Made by a program: the position numbers and the translations under genes. The notes beneath the pieces are model-generated. The model searched no databases. It was given only the letters and a program-made list of their open reading frames with translations, and was not told the origin of the DNA. A stretch of 64,000 bases of DNA, taken from the IMG/VR virus record IMGVR_UViG_3300027770_000025, positions 186,001-250,000 of that record; one strand, given 5' to 3'. This document shows, in pieces, positions 44,819 to 54,564 of the stretch. Numbering within the stretch: position 1 is the stretch's first letter; every line of letters starts with the position of its first letter.

Positions 44819-45382
44819 TTATCTGCTAATTAATACAGATTTTTTTGTTGATCCCTGTTGAACCGACCAATTTTCTCCTAAATAAGAAATAATAATTGAC
44901 TTCATAAACTCAATATATTCACCCTTACCGTCAAATTCTAAATTGTCCTGTATTTCATCATATATTCTATTGGTCTTAGGATTTGATTCTAGATAGCTGC
45001 TTAAACATTTCGATGCGTATTCCATTATTCTAGAAACCTCATTTCCACCTGCTTTGAATTTCATAGTGTTAGGCTGAGGAACTTCCTCTTTCTTTACCGC
45101 TATGTCTTCTATTAATTCATGAGAAATCTCATTCAATGTAAGTACACAATATGAATTTTTAGGTCCATCTATAACTTCGTTATTAGAATATTTTCCGATT
45201 ATGAAATGAAATCCTTTTTCATCTTCACCCCTTTCATCTTCTATATCAAAGAAGTAGTTGTAAATATCCCCGTTTTTTACCAAGAGGAAAGGAGAAGTAC
45301 CGAATCCATCTGATTCATGCATAGACCTTGACTCCAGATCATTTATTTTGAATTGCTCGAATGTAGATATTATTCTTCTCAT
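44819..45382 (-). CDS. Hypothetical protein (N-term MRRIISTFEQF)
   Basis: 187 aa ORF. Confidence 0.7.
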   Translation of the reverse strand: MRRIISTFEQFKINDLESRSMHESDGFGTSPFLLVKNGDIYNYFFDIEDERGEDEKGFHFIIGKYSNNEVIDGPKNSYCVLTLNEISHELIEDIAVKKEEVPQPNTMKFKAGGNEVSRIMEYASKCLSSYLESNPKTNRIYDEIQDNLEFDGKGEYIEFMKSIIISYLGENWSVQQGSTKKSVLISR

Positions 45383-45390
45383 TTTATTTT

Positions 45391-47412
45391 TTATTTTTCT
45401 ATATTTTCTTTTAGAGATTCATTCTCAAGATCTGCGATTTCACTCTCAGTTACGATTTCCTCTGATTCTTTAATTTCCTTTCCGTTAATAGAAGAAAGTA
45501 AACTATTATAGAAAGAAGAAACACCCTGTGGTACAAGCTTTTTAAATGTTAGGAAATCTTCGTTCCCTATGGAATTTCTAATTTCTGTTCCTGTCGTTGT
45601 TCTTGGGGTTTCTACAACTTCTATTTCTTCAGAGAAATCACCGCCAGCTTTTTTAAGGTATTCCGATTGTTTCCTGTAATCATCCATCCTATCGTCGCCA
45701 GCTCCTATTAGATTAACTTTATACCCCATTTCTTTTGCTATACCATATATAACACCCAATAATCCTTTTTTAGTTGCAAAATATCCATTAATTAGTCCAG
45801 GATGATCCTTAACTACTGCTTCCATATACTTGCCAATAAGATCCTCATTGAATGGGGATTTGCCCGATTTATTATGACCTGGATTAACCACAGCAACTAT
45901 ACTAGGTAAACCGTTTTTCTCTTTAAGTAATTTTGCCATCTTTATATGACCATTATGGAAAGGCTGGAATCTGCCAACTAAAATATTAACCTCATTAAGC
46001 TCCGGTTTTTTGTCTTCCCCTTTTTCATCTAATTTAGGTTTTTCTATGTCCTTCTTAGTTGTATCTATTGTTTCCAAAGCCGAGATAAATTCATTATAAG
46101 AACAGAAGTGATCATCATCCTTAGTGCTCTCTTCAGATTCACTAGTTACGTAATCAACTTTTTTAGGCTTTAAATTATTCTTTTTAAAATCTAAAAATGA
46201 AGGCATTTCTGACTCCATTACAGCAGGTTTCTTTGTTTCAGTCTCTACCCTTTTTTCTATTGAGGATACGAGTAAATTGAATTGATCTATTATACCTGGT
46301 GTGATTATTCCACCTGCTCTCTTTTTAATCTTTCTGAATGAATTAAGAATAAGCTTAAATAGCGATTCAAAAGCTTCGTCTTCTTCCAAATACTTTAGTA
46401 CTCTTCTGTCAGTTATAAGATTCTTATTCAGTCTGAAGTCTTCTTTCTTTAAATATTCTGGCTCTTGAAAATCTGCCCCTTTGTATTTGTATCCATATTC
46501 GTCTAGGAATTTAGAGAAGACATCAGAAATAAAAGAAATGTATCTCTCATCTTCGGTAGTTCCTGCTATTTCAAAAGTATCCACACCATTTTCTAGTATG
46601 AAGTTCATCACATCCAGTATAGTAATACCTAAGAAATCGCTAGGTTTTTCCTCTGTTCTTTTCTTAGCCTTTGATTTTGCAAGCTCAGTAAAAACAGGAT
46701 CTACCATTTTAGATAAAATAGGTTCTTGCTCTTCATCTTCTTCCCCGAATCTAAATACTATTCCCTCTATTGGCTTTTCTAAATCTGCATTTAGAGCAGT
46801 CTTTTTTAATTCAGGATTAAGCACGCCAATAATAAATGCAACGAAACTTCTTGTTTTATATTCGGTTACGAGATCTTCGAAAGGTGTTCTTAAGAAATCG
46901 AGTATTCTATCTTTCTGCTCTTTTTCAAGATACCCCTGAAAAATGATAGGTGGTCTTTCTACCCCTAATAAATCTGCCCATGTATCTAGATCATTCTTAC
47001 CCTGAATTGTTCCCTTAGGTTTTCCACTTTGATCTTTCTTATGGATATAAGAAAGTATTAGATTATTCTTAGGAACTTCATCATAAACTATCTCAACCGG
47101 AGCACTATTTGCAAAGTACTCTAATCCAAATCTCCACCCCCTAGGGATTTCTTTTATTATGTGGGGAGGCAATGATTCGATATATTGTATGGGTTTTTCA
47201 TAGTACTTCATTAAAGTCCTATCTACCAGGGTTATTGGATTTCTCTGATCTCTTTTATAAAAATTAAATTTTCCTGTTTCGCTATCTCTTTCAACAATGA
47301 AAGCAGACCCGTCCATTTTCTCGTTAACGGTAACATAAGTGTTGAAAAGATTATCGATGAAATCTTTTCCCTTCTTATTATAGAGATCATATAAATGACT
47401 AATTCCTGCCAT
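45391..47412 (-). CDS. RNA-ligase-type nucleotidyltransferase fused to a C-terminal HIGH-family (NMNAT/PPAT-like) nucleotidyltransferase
   Basis: Motif I EKMDGS, III FGLEY, IV EGIVFR, V SKMVDP.F; C-term VGRFQPFHNGH, AGDDR, TTGTEIR. Confidence 0.75.
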   Translation of the reverse strand: MAGISHLYDLYNKKGKDFIDNLFNTYVTVNEKMDGSAFIVERDSETGKFNFYKRDQRNPITLVDRTLMKYYEKPIQYIESLPPHIIKEIPRGWRFGLEYFANSAPVEIVYDEVPKNNLILSYIHKKDQSGKPKGTIQGKNDLDTWADLLGVERPPIIFQGYLEKEQKDRILDFLRTPFEDLVTEYKTRSFVAFIIGVLNPELKKTALNADLEKPIEGIVFRFGEEDEEQEPILSKMVDPVFTELAKSKAKKRTEEKPSDFLGITILDVMNFILENGVDTFEIAGTTEDERYISFISDVFSKFLDEYGYKYKGADFQEPEYLKKEDFRLNKNLITDRRVLKYLEEDEAFESLFKLILNSFRKIKKRAGGIITPGIIDQFNLLVSSIEKRVETETKKPAVMESEMPSFLDFKKNNLKPKKVDYVTSESEESTKDDDHFCSYNEFISALETIDTTKKDIEKPKLDEKGEDKKPELNEVNILVGRFQPFHNGHIKMAKLLKEKNGLPSIVAVVNPGHNKSGKSPFNEDLIGKYMEAVVKDHPGLINGYFATKKGLLGVIYGIAKEMGYKVNLIGAGDDRMDDYRKQSEYLKKAGGDFSEEIEVVETPRTTTGTEIRNSIGNEDFLTFKKLVPQGVSSFYNSLLSSINGKEIKESEEIVTESEIADLENESLKENIEK

Positions 47413-47422
47413 GTTTTAAATT

Positions 47423-48355
47423 TTAACCAATTCTGTTTATTTCTGTTGGTATTTCTAGACCAGCTCTTTCAAGATATTCCAGAAATCTTTGTTTTATTTC
47501 AGGTAATCTTTCGTGTAGATCAAATTTTGGATCTTCTATTATATCTAATAAAGCCTCGAAAGTTTTAACATCCTCTAGTTTATATCCCTGACCCAATGCA
47601 AAGTTTATAAATTCTTGAGGATCTCTTGTCACAAATCTTTCGCTTCCCTCTAATTTCTTAGAGTGTTTTAATCGGGGGATTCTAATTCCTTTGTATGATT
47701 TCGTGTGCCAATATAATCCGTCACTAAGAATCAATACAGGTGCATTATAGTCCATGATTTCCCCAGTTTCATCTGTATCTATTATTTCTTTTCTAGCGGA
47801 TAGTATGGCTGATAAAAGCCAGTTTCTGTGTGCTGATTTGTATTTACTCTCGTCCACTTTATAATTGGGCGAATAGTAAATAAAATCTGCCCATTCCATG
47901 CTGGATAATGGGATAAGGTCCAATTGAACTATGCCCTTTTGTAAATCACCTTCTATTGGCCAGCCAAGGCTAACCACGTTTAATCCCTTCAGATAATTTA
48001 TTTCTGGTTCAAATCCAAGTGCTTCTGCAAGTTGTGTTCTTAGTATGGTATCAACCGTTGCCGAACATTCTTTAGCGCCTACCCCATGCTCTCGTGAAAA
48101 GAAAGTTGTATCATAGCCAAGATCAAGATCACCTGATGTGTCATCGGGATTCTTTTTCTTACCTATGCTTCCGATTATAATATATTCCTCCCCGTACTTA
48201 TCAACATCTATACCTAGAAGTGGAAAAAGAATTTCTTTGATACTATCAAGGGTTTTAGGAAATTCATCTTCACGAATTCTCCTTGAGGTTTTTATGGCAG
48301 CGCCACCCTCAAATATCTTGGAAAAGCCTGAAAAATTTAAAACAGTATTACCCAT
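47423..48355 (-). CDS. Pol-beta superfamily nucleotidyltransferase (start revised to MGNTVLNFSGF)
   Basis: IGSIG...SGDLDL and a third Asp in VQLDLI. Confidence 0.75.
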   Translation of the reverse strand: MGNTVLNFSGFSKIFEGGAAIKTSRRIREDEFPKTLDSIKEILFPLLGIDVDKYGEEYIIIGSIGKKKNPDDTSGDLDLGYDTTFFSREHGVGAKECSATVDTILRTQLAEALGFEPEINYLKGLNVVSLGWPIEGDLQKGIVQLDLIPLSSMEWADFIYYSPNYKVDESKYKSAHRNWLLSAILSARKEIIDTDETGEIMDYNAPVLILSDGLYWHTKSYKGIRIPRLKHSKKLEGSERFVTRDPQEFINFALGQGYKLEDVKTFEALLDIIEDPKFDLHERLPEIKQRFLEYLERAGLEIPTEINRIG

Positions 48356-48893
48356 TATTTTTTTGAATCTTATCATAATATCTTCCCATAGCACCACTTA
48401 AATAGCTGCTATATTGTTTCTCGTCGTCTGTTTTAGGCTTAAGCGGATCATAGTTTTTACCGAAGTAGCTTTTACCTTTAAGAGCACCTGATTTATAGAA
48501 ATCTTCAGCATCTTTCTGTGTAACGTTCTTATCCCCTATTTTTTCCTTCTCCCAATCATCCAAGACATCTTTCTCTTTAGACTTAAGATCAGCTTTAGAC
48601 ATTTTAGAATAGCTATCTTTAGAATCACCTTTAAAGAAAAAATCAGAAATAGCAGCTCCTGAGCTAGCTATCAATCTTCCGAAAAGTGGAATAATTGAAT
48701 TTATTCTATTAATCGTTGCCCTTCCTCCGTCATCCGGACCTGGATCAGTATCTCCCCTAAGCTTATCGTACTCGTATTCCATGTTTGCATCCACCTTTCT
48801 AAGCCATCTGCTTAGTTTAGTATTGCCTTTATATAAGTCGATTTCACCTTCAGTTAGCGATTCTGTAAAAGTATCAAATTTCTTTATCCTCAT
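48348..48893 (-). CDS. Hypothetical protein (N-term MRIKKFDTFTE)
   Basis: ORF; GATATATA upstream. Confidence 0.7.
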   Translation of the reverse strand: MRIKKFDTFTESLTEGEIDLYKGNTKLSRWLRKVDANMEYEYDKLRGDTDPGPDDGGRATINRINSIIPLFGRLIASSGAAISDFFFKGDSKDSYSKMSKADLKSKEKDVLDDWEKEKIGDKNVTQKDAEDFYKSGALKGKSYFGKNYDPLKPKTDDEKQYSSYLSGAMGRYYDKIQKNNG

Positions 48894-48924
48894 TTCTGTA
48901 GTTTTTCTTTATATATCCCTAAAA

Positions 48925-50463
48925 TTAAAGTTTTACCTTGTATATCTTATATTCGAAGGATTCGTTCTTATAGATCTGAATTCTTGCTTCTGAGTGTTTA
49001 AGTAGATAGTTTTGGTACTTAGGCGAAGAAAAGTCATCAACAAAGTCTATTATGTTAACTTTTTCCTTACCCTCCATCTGTCTCATTCCCCTCCCTAAAC
49101 TTTGTTTAATTAGAACCTCACTTTTATATGACTCAACCAAAAAAATGTTATGTAGGTTGTTTATTGAGATTCCCGTTGAGAATGTACCATAGGTTGCAAT
49201 AAGTATTTTATTATTTCCTGATGCCATTCTTGATTTGTATTCCTCCCTTAAACCCTCGTTTGTGTCGCCATCTACATAGAAAACCTCTTTTTCGCTATTC
49301 TTCTCCCTGAGTAGGTTCCATATCTGTTTGCCATACTCATCCTTAACAGATTGGAATAGCACCAAAGAATTCTTAGATGTTTTACTTATAAAGTCTACTA
49401 CATAATTAAGCCTTTTCTTGCTTTCAACTACAAGTTTTCTCTCCAGATTATAAACCTCATTCCCTTCTAGATTATTATTATTAAGCTTTAAATCAGCAAG
49501 TTTATCCTTATATTCTTTTTCTAACCAATCCATAACGACTATCTTGATTGAAACCGGTGTTGCATAATTATTATCGAAAAGAAAACTAGGGGATATCTCA
49601 ACTATAAGTGGACCGAGAAATTGCTGTATAGTCAAATAATCCGCCGTGCCCCTTTTAGTTAGTGTTCCAGTTAGTCCGAATCTCCACCTAGAGTGCATAC
49701 AATTTGCAACAATCTTTTTGATAGACATTGAATTTGTATGATGTGCTTCGTCAACAAAAACCAAATCAGCTTCTTCGAAGAATTCAGGATCTTGTTTAAC
49801 CAAAGACTGGAATGTACCTATAATAACATCACATCCTTCTCTTAATTTAGATCCGCCACCTATTTGTTGTATCTTAGAACCTAGCTTATGTAATCCATAA
49901 TCTTCAAAATCCTCACTACCTTGGAAAACCAAGTTTGTACTAGGAACGATCATAAGGAACTTTCTAATAAGTCCTTTCTGTCTAAGATATGCAAATATCA
50001 TAAACGAGATTAGAGTCTTGCCAGATGATGTTGCAACCTCAGAAATCGAGTATCTATATTTGATTAGCTTCCATGCTGTCTCAATCTGGTAATCCCTTGG
50101 CATCTTATTTGGATCACCGCCAATGCCGCCTTCAAAAAATTCATTAACCCATTCGGTATACTCCTCCAGGGTCAAGTCCTTACTAACTATTTTATCGAGA
50201 CCGTTTATCTCGATCTCTATTCTATAATCTTCGCCGATTTGTAAAACTTCTCTCCATAGGCCTATTGGAACTTTCCATGCGTTACCCTTCTTTTCAATAA
50301 AGCATATATTTCCATCCCAGATTTTTTTCTTAACTAAAGGATGGAAATAGAAGTTGTGTATCTTCTTGGTTAATGATATATCTATTTGTTTCTTCTCAAC
50401 CTCGTCAAGTGCTTCAGTTAGCACTATCCATTGATGGTCGTCAGAAACTTGGAATTTAATCAT
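48925..50463 (-). CDS. uvsW: UvsW-like SF2 helicase
   Basis: PRDYQ, ATSSGKT, VDEAHH, GLTGTL, TYGTFSTGISINNLH, QSLGRGMR. Confidence 0.92.
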   Translation of the reverse strand: MIKFQVSDDHQWIVLTEALDEVEKKQIDISLTKKIHNFYFHPLVKKKIWDGNICFIEKKGNAWKVPIGLWREVLQIGEDYRIEIEINGLDKIVSKDLTLEEYTEWVNEFFEGGIGGDPNKMPRDYQIETAWKLIKYRYSISEVATSSGKTLISFMIFAYLRQKGLIRKFLMIVPSTNLVFQGSEDFEDYGLHKLGSKIQQIGGGSKLREGCDVIIGTFQSLVKQDPEFFEEADLVFVDEAHHTNSMSIKKIVANCMHSRWRFGLTGTLTKRGTADYLTIQQFLGPLIVEISPSFLFDNNYATPVSIKIVVMDWLEKEYKDKLADLKLNNNNLEGNEVYNLERKLVVESKKRLNYVVDFISKTSKNSLVLFQSVKDEYGKQIWNLLREKNSEKEVFYVDGDTNEGLREEYKSRMASGNNKILIATYGTFSTGISINNLHNIFLVESYKSEVLIKQSLGRGMRQMEGKEKVNIIDFVDDFSSPKYQNYLLKHSEARIQIYKNESFEYKIYKVKL

Positions 50464-50475
50464 TATCTATATATC

Positions 50476-50919
50476 TTATTTTACGGTGGACCCTCTTAGA
50501 TATTCCTCAAGCGATATTCTTTGGCGAACCCCATAAAGCATATGATCCACAGTTTGTACTGTTTGATCTATAAATTTTCTATGGCTTTCTACAAGCTCTA
50601 TCTTTTCTGCAATCTCAGTTAAGTCACCTTCAATTAATACGGTCTTTTCATTAGCACCGTATCTAACATCGCTTCTTTCTGAATAATCTTTTAGCTTCTT
50701 TGCTCTCTCCACTCTTCCTTTTGAATTCAATTTAGATACAATAGCTGCTAGCTTATAACTGTACTCAAGTAAAACCTGGCGTTGGCTGAAAAGATCAACC
50801 TGAGCTTTAGCTAGGGTTTTTATATCCTTCATCATGATGGCTATTACTTGTATTTTCTCTCTCCATTCGCCTCTTTCGTTTTCGAAGATCTTACTAAAAT
50901 CAGTTTTTTCTGTTGACAT
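50476..50919 (-). CDS. UvsY-like recombination mediator
   Basis: Helical, ~147 aa, next to uvsW; KTVLIEGD...I....G.RQRI. Confidence 0.6.
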   Translation of the reverse strand: MSTEKTDFSKIFENERGEWREKIQVIAIMMKDIKTLAKAQVDLFSQRQVLLEYSYKLAAIVSKLNSKGRVERAKKLKDYSERSDVRYGANEKTVLIEGDLTEIAEKIELVESHRKFIDQTVQTVDHMLYGVRQRISLEEYLRGSTVK

Positions 50920-51258
50920 TTAAAATAGTTTATTTTTATCTTTATCTTTATTTTTACTGCTAGTTAGACTTACCACCTTAACAGAATTTTTATTTTTTTC
51001 GCTCTTCTTTTCTTTAGGTTCCTTTACTACAGGTTCATCAAATTCCGTGCTGACCTGATCTATTAGATTATCCTTCAGCTTAAGTGGGAATTTTATGCGA
51101 GGAGAACTTCTCTCATCACACTGTTTTTCCCATTCACCAGTTTTGTCCGTGCCTGAGCTAGGATCATTTATCAATAAAATATCTAAGGTCAAGTGCTTCG
51201 TTGGTAAAGTAGTTATCAAATCTCTTAATTTTTTTCCCCGTAGTTCTAAGGTGAACAA
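50920..51258 (-). CDS. Hypothetical protein (start uncertain; overlaps primase)
   Basis: ORF track; Lys-rich tail. Confidence 0.45.
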   Translation of the reverse strand: MFTLELRGKKLRDLITTLPTKHLTLDILLINDPSSGTDKTGEWEKQCDERSSPRIKFPLKLKDNLIDQVSTEFDEPVVKEPKEKKSEKNKNSVKVVSLTSSKNKDKDKNKLF

Positions 51259-52228
51259 CTAGATCATTAAGATCCCATTTTCTATTCTTTGTTATATTAT
51301 TTTCTTCCAGAAATTTTCCCCAATTGAAAACAGTAAATCCTTTAGCTAAAAGATCCACGCTTTTCTCTATTCCTGCTTTATCCCAATCATACCAATATCT
51401 TAGATCCTCAAATTCAAACGGAAATTTATTCTCTATTGAGCAAAGTCCAGCAGAATTTGTCCACATCCAAGAATCCATTGGTCCTTCGAATATTGTAATA
51501 GGCTGACCGAAGTCCAAGAATCCTATACCAAAAACGTGAGATATGGGATCGATAGTTCTTGCTTTTTCTATAAGCTCTACATCTTTCCAATTTAAGAGTT
51601 TTTCGTAAATACCACTTAATTTGTAAGTGAGATATTTAGATGACCCCTTTATTGAATTCATGTTTCTAACTTGTAACCCTATTATCTTATCGTCAGGGGT
51701 AAGATTAAAAAGAAATAGCCTTTCTTTTTTTCCGTCCCAGGCAAATCTTGAATCTATTCTCTGATTTCTTTTTTGGATGTATCTTTGTATTTTAGATCCC
51801 CAAACTTCCTGGAGGCTTAAAGCATTCATAAAGTCTGCTCTCTTTATTAAAATATCAGAGATATCGTTATCGAAAAAATAGCTGATGTCAACCTTACCAT
51901 ATACAGTTCTTCTTTTAGTACGGTTTTCTTCAATGATAGTTTTTATCAGATCCTTTTCGCTTCCCGTCAGTTTGTTGAACAAACCAAAATCTTTCATAAG
52001 GGTTATAGAATCTTTGAATATTCCGCAACCTCCATTATAGCATTTATATGCCATAGTATCCATATAGAAATTCCCGCGTTTCTTTTTACCGTCGTTGGAA
52101 TCACCACAATACGGACAAGAGAAATTCAATCTGTTACCAGCTTTATAAACAATTTGTTTTGCTGGATTACCCTGAAATTCTCTGCTGAGTATTACTCCTA
52201 TTAGATCTTCTATTCTTTCTGGTTGCAT
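51164..52228 (-). CDS. DNA primase (T4 gp61-like)
   Basis: Zn finger FSCPYCGDS...CYNGGC; TOPRIM IFEGPMDS, YDWDKAG, DLND. Confidence 0.9.
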   Translation of the reverse strand: MQPERIEDLIGVILSREFQGNPAKQIVYKAGNRLNFSCPYCGDSNDGKKKRGNFYMDTMAYKCYNGGCGIFKDSITLMKDFGLFNKLTGSEKDLIKTIIEENRTKRRTVYGKVDISYFFDNDISDILIKRADFMNALSLQEVWGSKIQRYIQKRNQRIDSRFAWDGKKERLFLFNLTPDDKIIGLQVRNMNSIKGSSKYLTYKLSGIYEKLLNWKDVELIEKARTIDPISHVFGIGFLDFGQPITIFEGPMDSWMWTNSAGLCSIENKFPFEFEDLRYWYDWDKAGIEKSVDLLAKGFTVFNWGKFLEENNITKNRKWDLNDLVVHLRTTGKKIKRFDNYFTNEALDLRYFIDK

Positions 52229-52232
52229 GGGA

Positions 52233-52265
52233 TAAAAAAGGGGACAGCAATAAAGCCGTCCCCGG
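52233..52265 (-). terminator. Terminator after the ssb gene
   Basis: GGGGACGGC/GCTGTCCCC stem plus U-tract. Confidence 0.75.
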
Positions 52266-52277
52266 TTAGGTTATCTA

Positions 52278-53246
52278 TTAAAGATCGTTATAAAGATCTT
52301 CTAGTGAAGATGAAGTTGAGCTAGTATTAGGTCTAGCTGGTGCTTCGGTTTGAGCTGGTTCTTCTCTTTTAGCTGAAGATCCAACTTTAGTCTGAGCAGC
52401 TTCAGCATAAATATCATCAGAGTGACTGTGTTCTGAGCCTTTTGCCGGGGCTGAATTAACGCCACCAATGATTTCATTAATGATACGAGCTTCTGGAACG
52501 GTGTTCTTAATAACACTCATAATCTTTTCAGTCATTTCATCGTCCCAATCTTTGTAATCAAAGCTTGTTAGATTTTTAGGACCTTCGTTTAAATATTCCA
52601 AGATAGCATTCATGTCATCTTGATTTTTATTCATTGATTTTCCATTTACTTGAATCGAACATTTCTCGCCAACGAAAGAGCATAAATCGTAGTTGTTCCA
52701 TTCTCCTACTTTTCTAACTTGGACTGCAAATAATTTACCCTCGAATAAATCAAAAGGATTTGATGGTTCGCCATACTCGGGTTGAAGCTGAGCTTCAATA
52801 AGCTCGTTTAATTTTTTACCAAATTTAAAGATCATTATCTTTCCTTCTAATTCTGGCTTATTCTTGTCCTGAACGATTTGAACTAAAGAATAGTAATCCT
52901 CTTTTCTAGAAAATTTCTTAGCAAGCTCTTGATCTGCTGCAGAATGAGAATTTTTTAATTTCCAAAAAAGATCTTTAAGAATTGATCTTTTTCCTACTGT
53001 GGAAGGACAATCAGCAGAAAATGCATTACCACTAATAGGATCGTTTAGGTAAACGTAGTACTTGTGGATTTTTGATTTTGCTGGATTAGCTGGATTAGGT
53101 ACGAATCTCATTAAAGATTTATAAACTCCGTCTTTTCCATCCTCCGGATACGGTTTGTAAAATTCAAGGTCTTTTCCTGCTCCTTGTTTAGCAGTTGGGG
53201 TTACGAACGCTTCTGCGTCCAGGTTGAAGATGTCTAAATTGCTCAT
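52278..53246 (-). CDS. Single-stranded DNA-binding protein (T4 gp32-like)
   Basis: FYKP, MRFVP, VQIVQD...EGKIMIFKFGKK, NPFDLFEG, NYD; acidic tail LEDLYNDL. Confidence 0.9.
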   Translation of the reverse strand: MSNLDIFNLDAEAFVTPTAKQGAGKDLEFYKPYPEDGKDGVYKSLMRFVPNPANPAKSKIHKYYVYLNDPISGNAFSADCPSTVGKRSILKDLFWKLKNSHSAADQELAKKFSRKEDYYSLVQIVQDKNKPELEGKIMIFKFGKKLNELIEAQLQPEYGEPSNPFDLFEGKLFAVQVRKVGEWNNYDLCSFVGEKCSIQVNGKSMNKNQDDMNAILEYLNEGPKNLTSFDYKDWDDEMTEKIMSVIKNTVPEARIINEIIGGVNSAPAKGSEHSHSDDIYAEAAQTKVGSSAKREEPAQTEAPARPNTSSTSSSLEDLYNDL

Positions 53247-53340
53247 GTTTTTTTAAATTTAATTTTTAGTTTTACTTTTTGTTTTCTTTTTGTTTCTATT
53301 AATTTCTATTTTTTCATTAAAATTTTCTTTTTTTTTCTAC

Positions 53341-53628
53341 TTATATCTTTGTGATGTTGTATTCTTTTGTGATTAACCTACCTGTACGAAGACCGTTTTG
53401 TGACCAATGTGTTTTTATTGGAGCACTAGCTATATCTCCGTAGCGAGCTTGTAAATGACCGTTACGGTTATTGTGTGATGCTGTTATCTTTGCGATAACA
53501 CTAAACGAATTTAAAGATGGATGAGATGCCTCTTCTGCAGAGTATAGATACTCTGACCTTTTAGAAAAATAGTTTAATTTACTAGAGGTCTGCTGTGTGT
53601 TCTGTTTCAAAATTTCCTTTAATTCCAT
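53341..53628 (-). CDS. Possible hypothetical protein (could be a non-coding leader)
   Basis: 95 aa ORF overlapping the end of the RuvC-like gene. Confidence 0.35.
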   Translation of the reverse strand: MELKEILKQNTQQTSSKLNYFSKRSEYLYSAEEASHPSLNSFSVIAKITASHNNRNGHLQARYGDIASAPIKTHWSQNGLRTGRLITKEYNITKI

Positions 53629-54289
53629 AAATTTCTTTTAGTTCTTTCTTTAAATACAATGTTATCCAAGTTGCGTCCACAATATCATCAATCGGTTTGT
53701 TAACTACCTTAGCTGGTGTTATCCACTCAGTTTTGTTAGTTTCTAATATATTAGCAAAGATTGCTAAATTTGTTTCATTCTCTTTGTAAATACATAGAGA
53801 ATTATATAGTTCGTCCTTTTTAGCATTACCCTTTAAGGCGAATTTTTTAATAGATGTCGGAGAGAAAACGTGAAACCTTTCCACACCAACCCTATCTATT
53901 ATTTTTTTCCTTAATAATGCAGTAGCCATAGATATATCTATAAGTGCATTACCATTAGAGGAGAAACTTAATCCTTCCATAGCAACATGGAAATTTGAAT
54001 CCCCCATAACTTCTTCTATACTACTCCAAAACGAATCAACAATTTCCAGGAAGTAAACTATTTTGATTCTTTCCCTGCCTGTATAATCATCGGGTAATTC
54101 CTTCTTATCAAGGAAGATGAATTTAAAATCCTTCTCCGCTTCTAAAACGGCAAAAGGTTTCTTTGAACTCTTTCTTAGTGATTCCGGGCTTCTGTCGGAT
54201 CTTGTCAAAGATCCCCAAATATACCTACCATCTTTATAACAGCAAAAAGCGGGGGAGTTTATAGAAAAATCGATTCCTACTGCATTCAT
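53582..54289 (-). CDS. RuvC-like Holliday junction resolvase
   Basis: VGIDFSINSPA, VAMEGLSF, P.SIKKFA..GNA.K, DDIVDA. Confidence 0.82.
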   Translation of the reverse strand: MNAVGIDFSINSPAFCCYKDGRYIWGSLTRSDRSPESLRKSSKKPFAVLEAEKDFKFIFLDKKELPDDYTGRERIKIVYFLEIVDSFWSSIEEVMGDSNFHVAMEGLSFSSNGNALIDISMATALLRKKIIDRVGVERFHVFSPTSIKKFALKGNAKKDELYNSLCIYKENETNLAIFANILETNKTEWITPAKVVNKPIDDIVDATWITLYLKKELKEIYGIKGNFETEHTADL

Positions 54290-54303
54290 AAAAAATTTAC
54301 GAA

Positions 54304-54537
54304 TTAAGAAGGGTGAATAATCTGGCCCACCGATCCTGTATATCCATAAACTTTAGCAAGCTTTTCGAAACAAGATTTCATTTGTGCATCTGTTAAACAA
54401 CTTACCAAGTCATTTAATACTCTTTGGTCGTTACCTGCAGCAGATACCAAAAGGTTTTTCATTTGGTCCTTTTCATCACCTAGTGGCTGACCATACTTCA
54501 TTTCGTTTAATTCTTTTACGTCTGAAAACTTTTTCAT
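54304..54537 (-). CDS. Hypothetical protein (N-term MKKFSDVKELNE)
   Basis: ORF; GATATATA at 54557-54564. Confidence 0.65.
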   Translation of the reverse strand: MKKFSDVKELNEMKYGQPLGDEKDQMKNLLVSAAGNDQRVLNDLVSCLTDAQMKSCFEKLAKVYGYTGSVGQIIHPS

Positions 54538-54564
54538 CTTTATTGTTTAATTTAATTATATATC

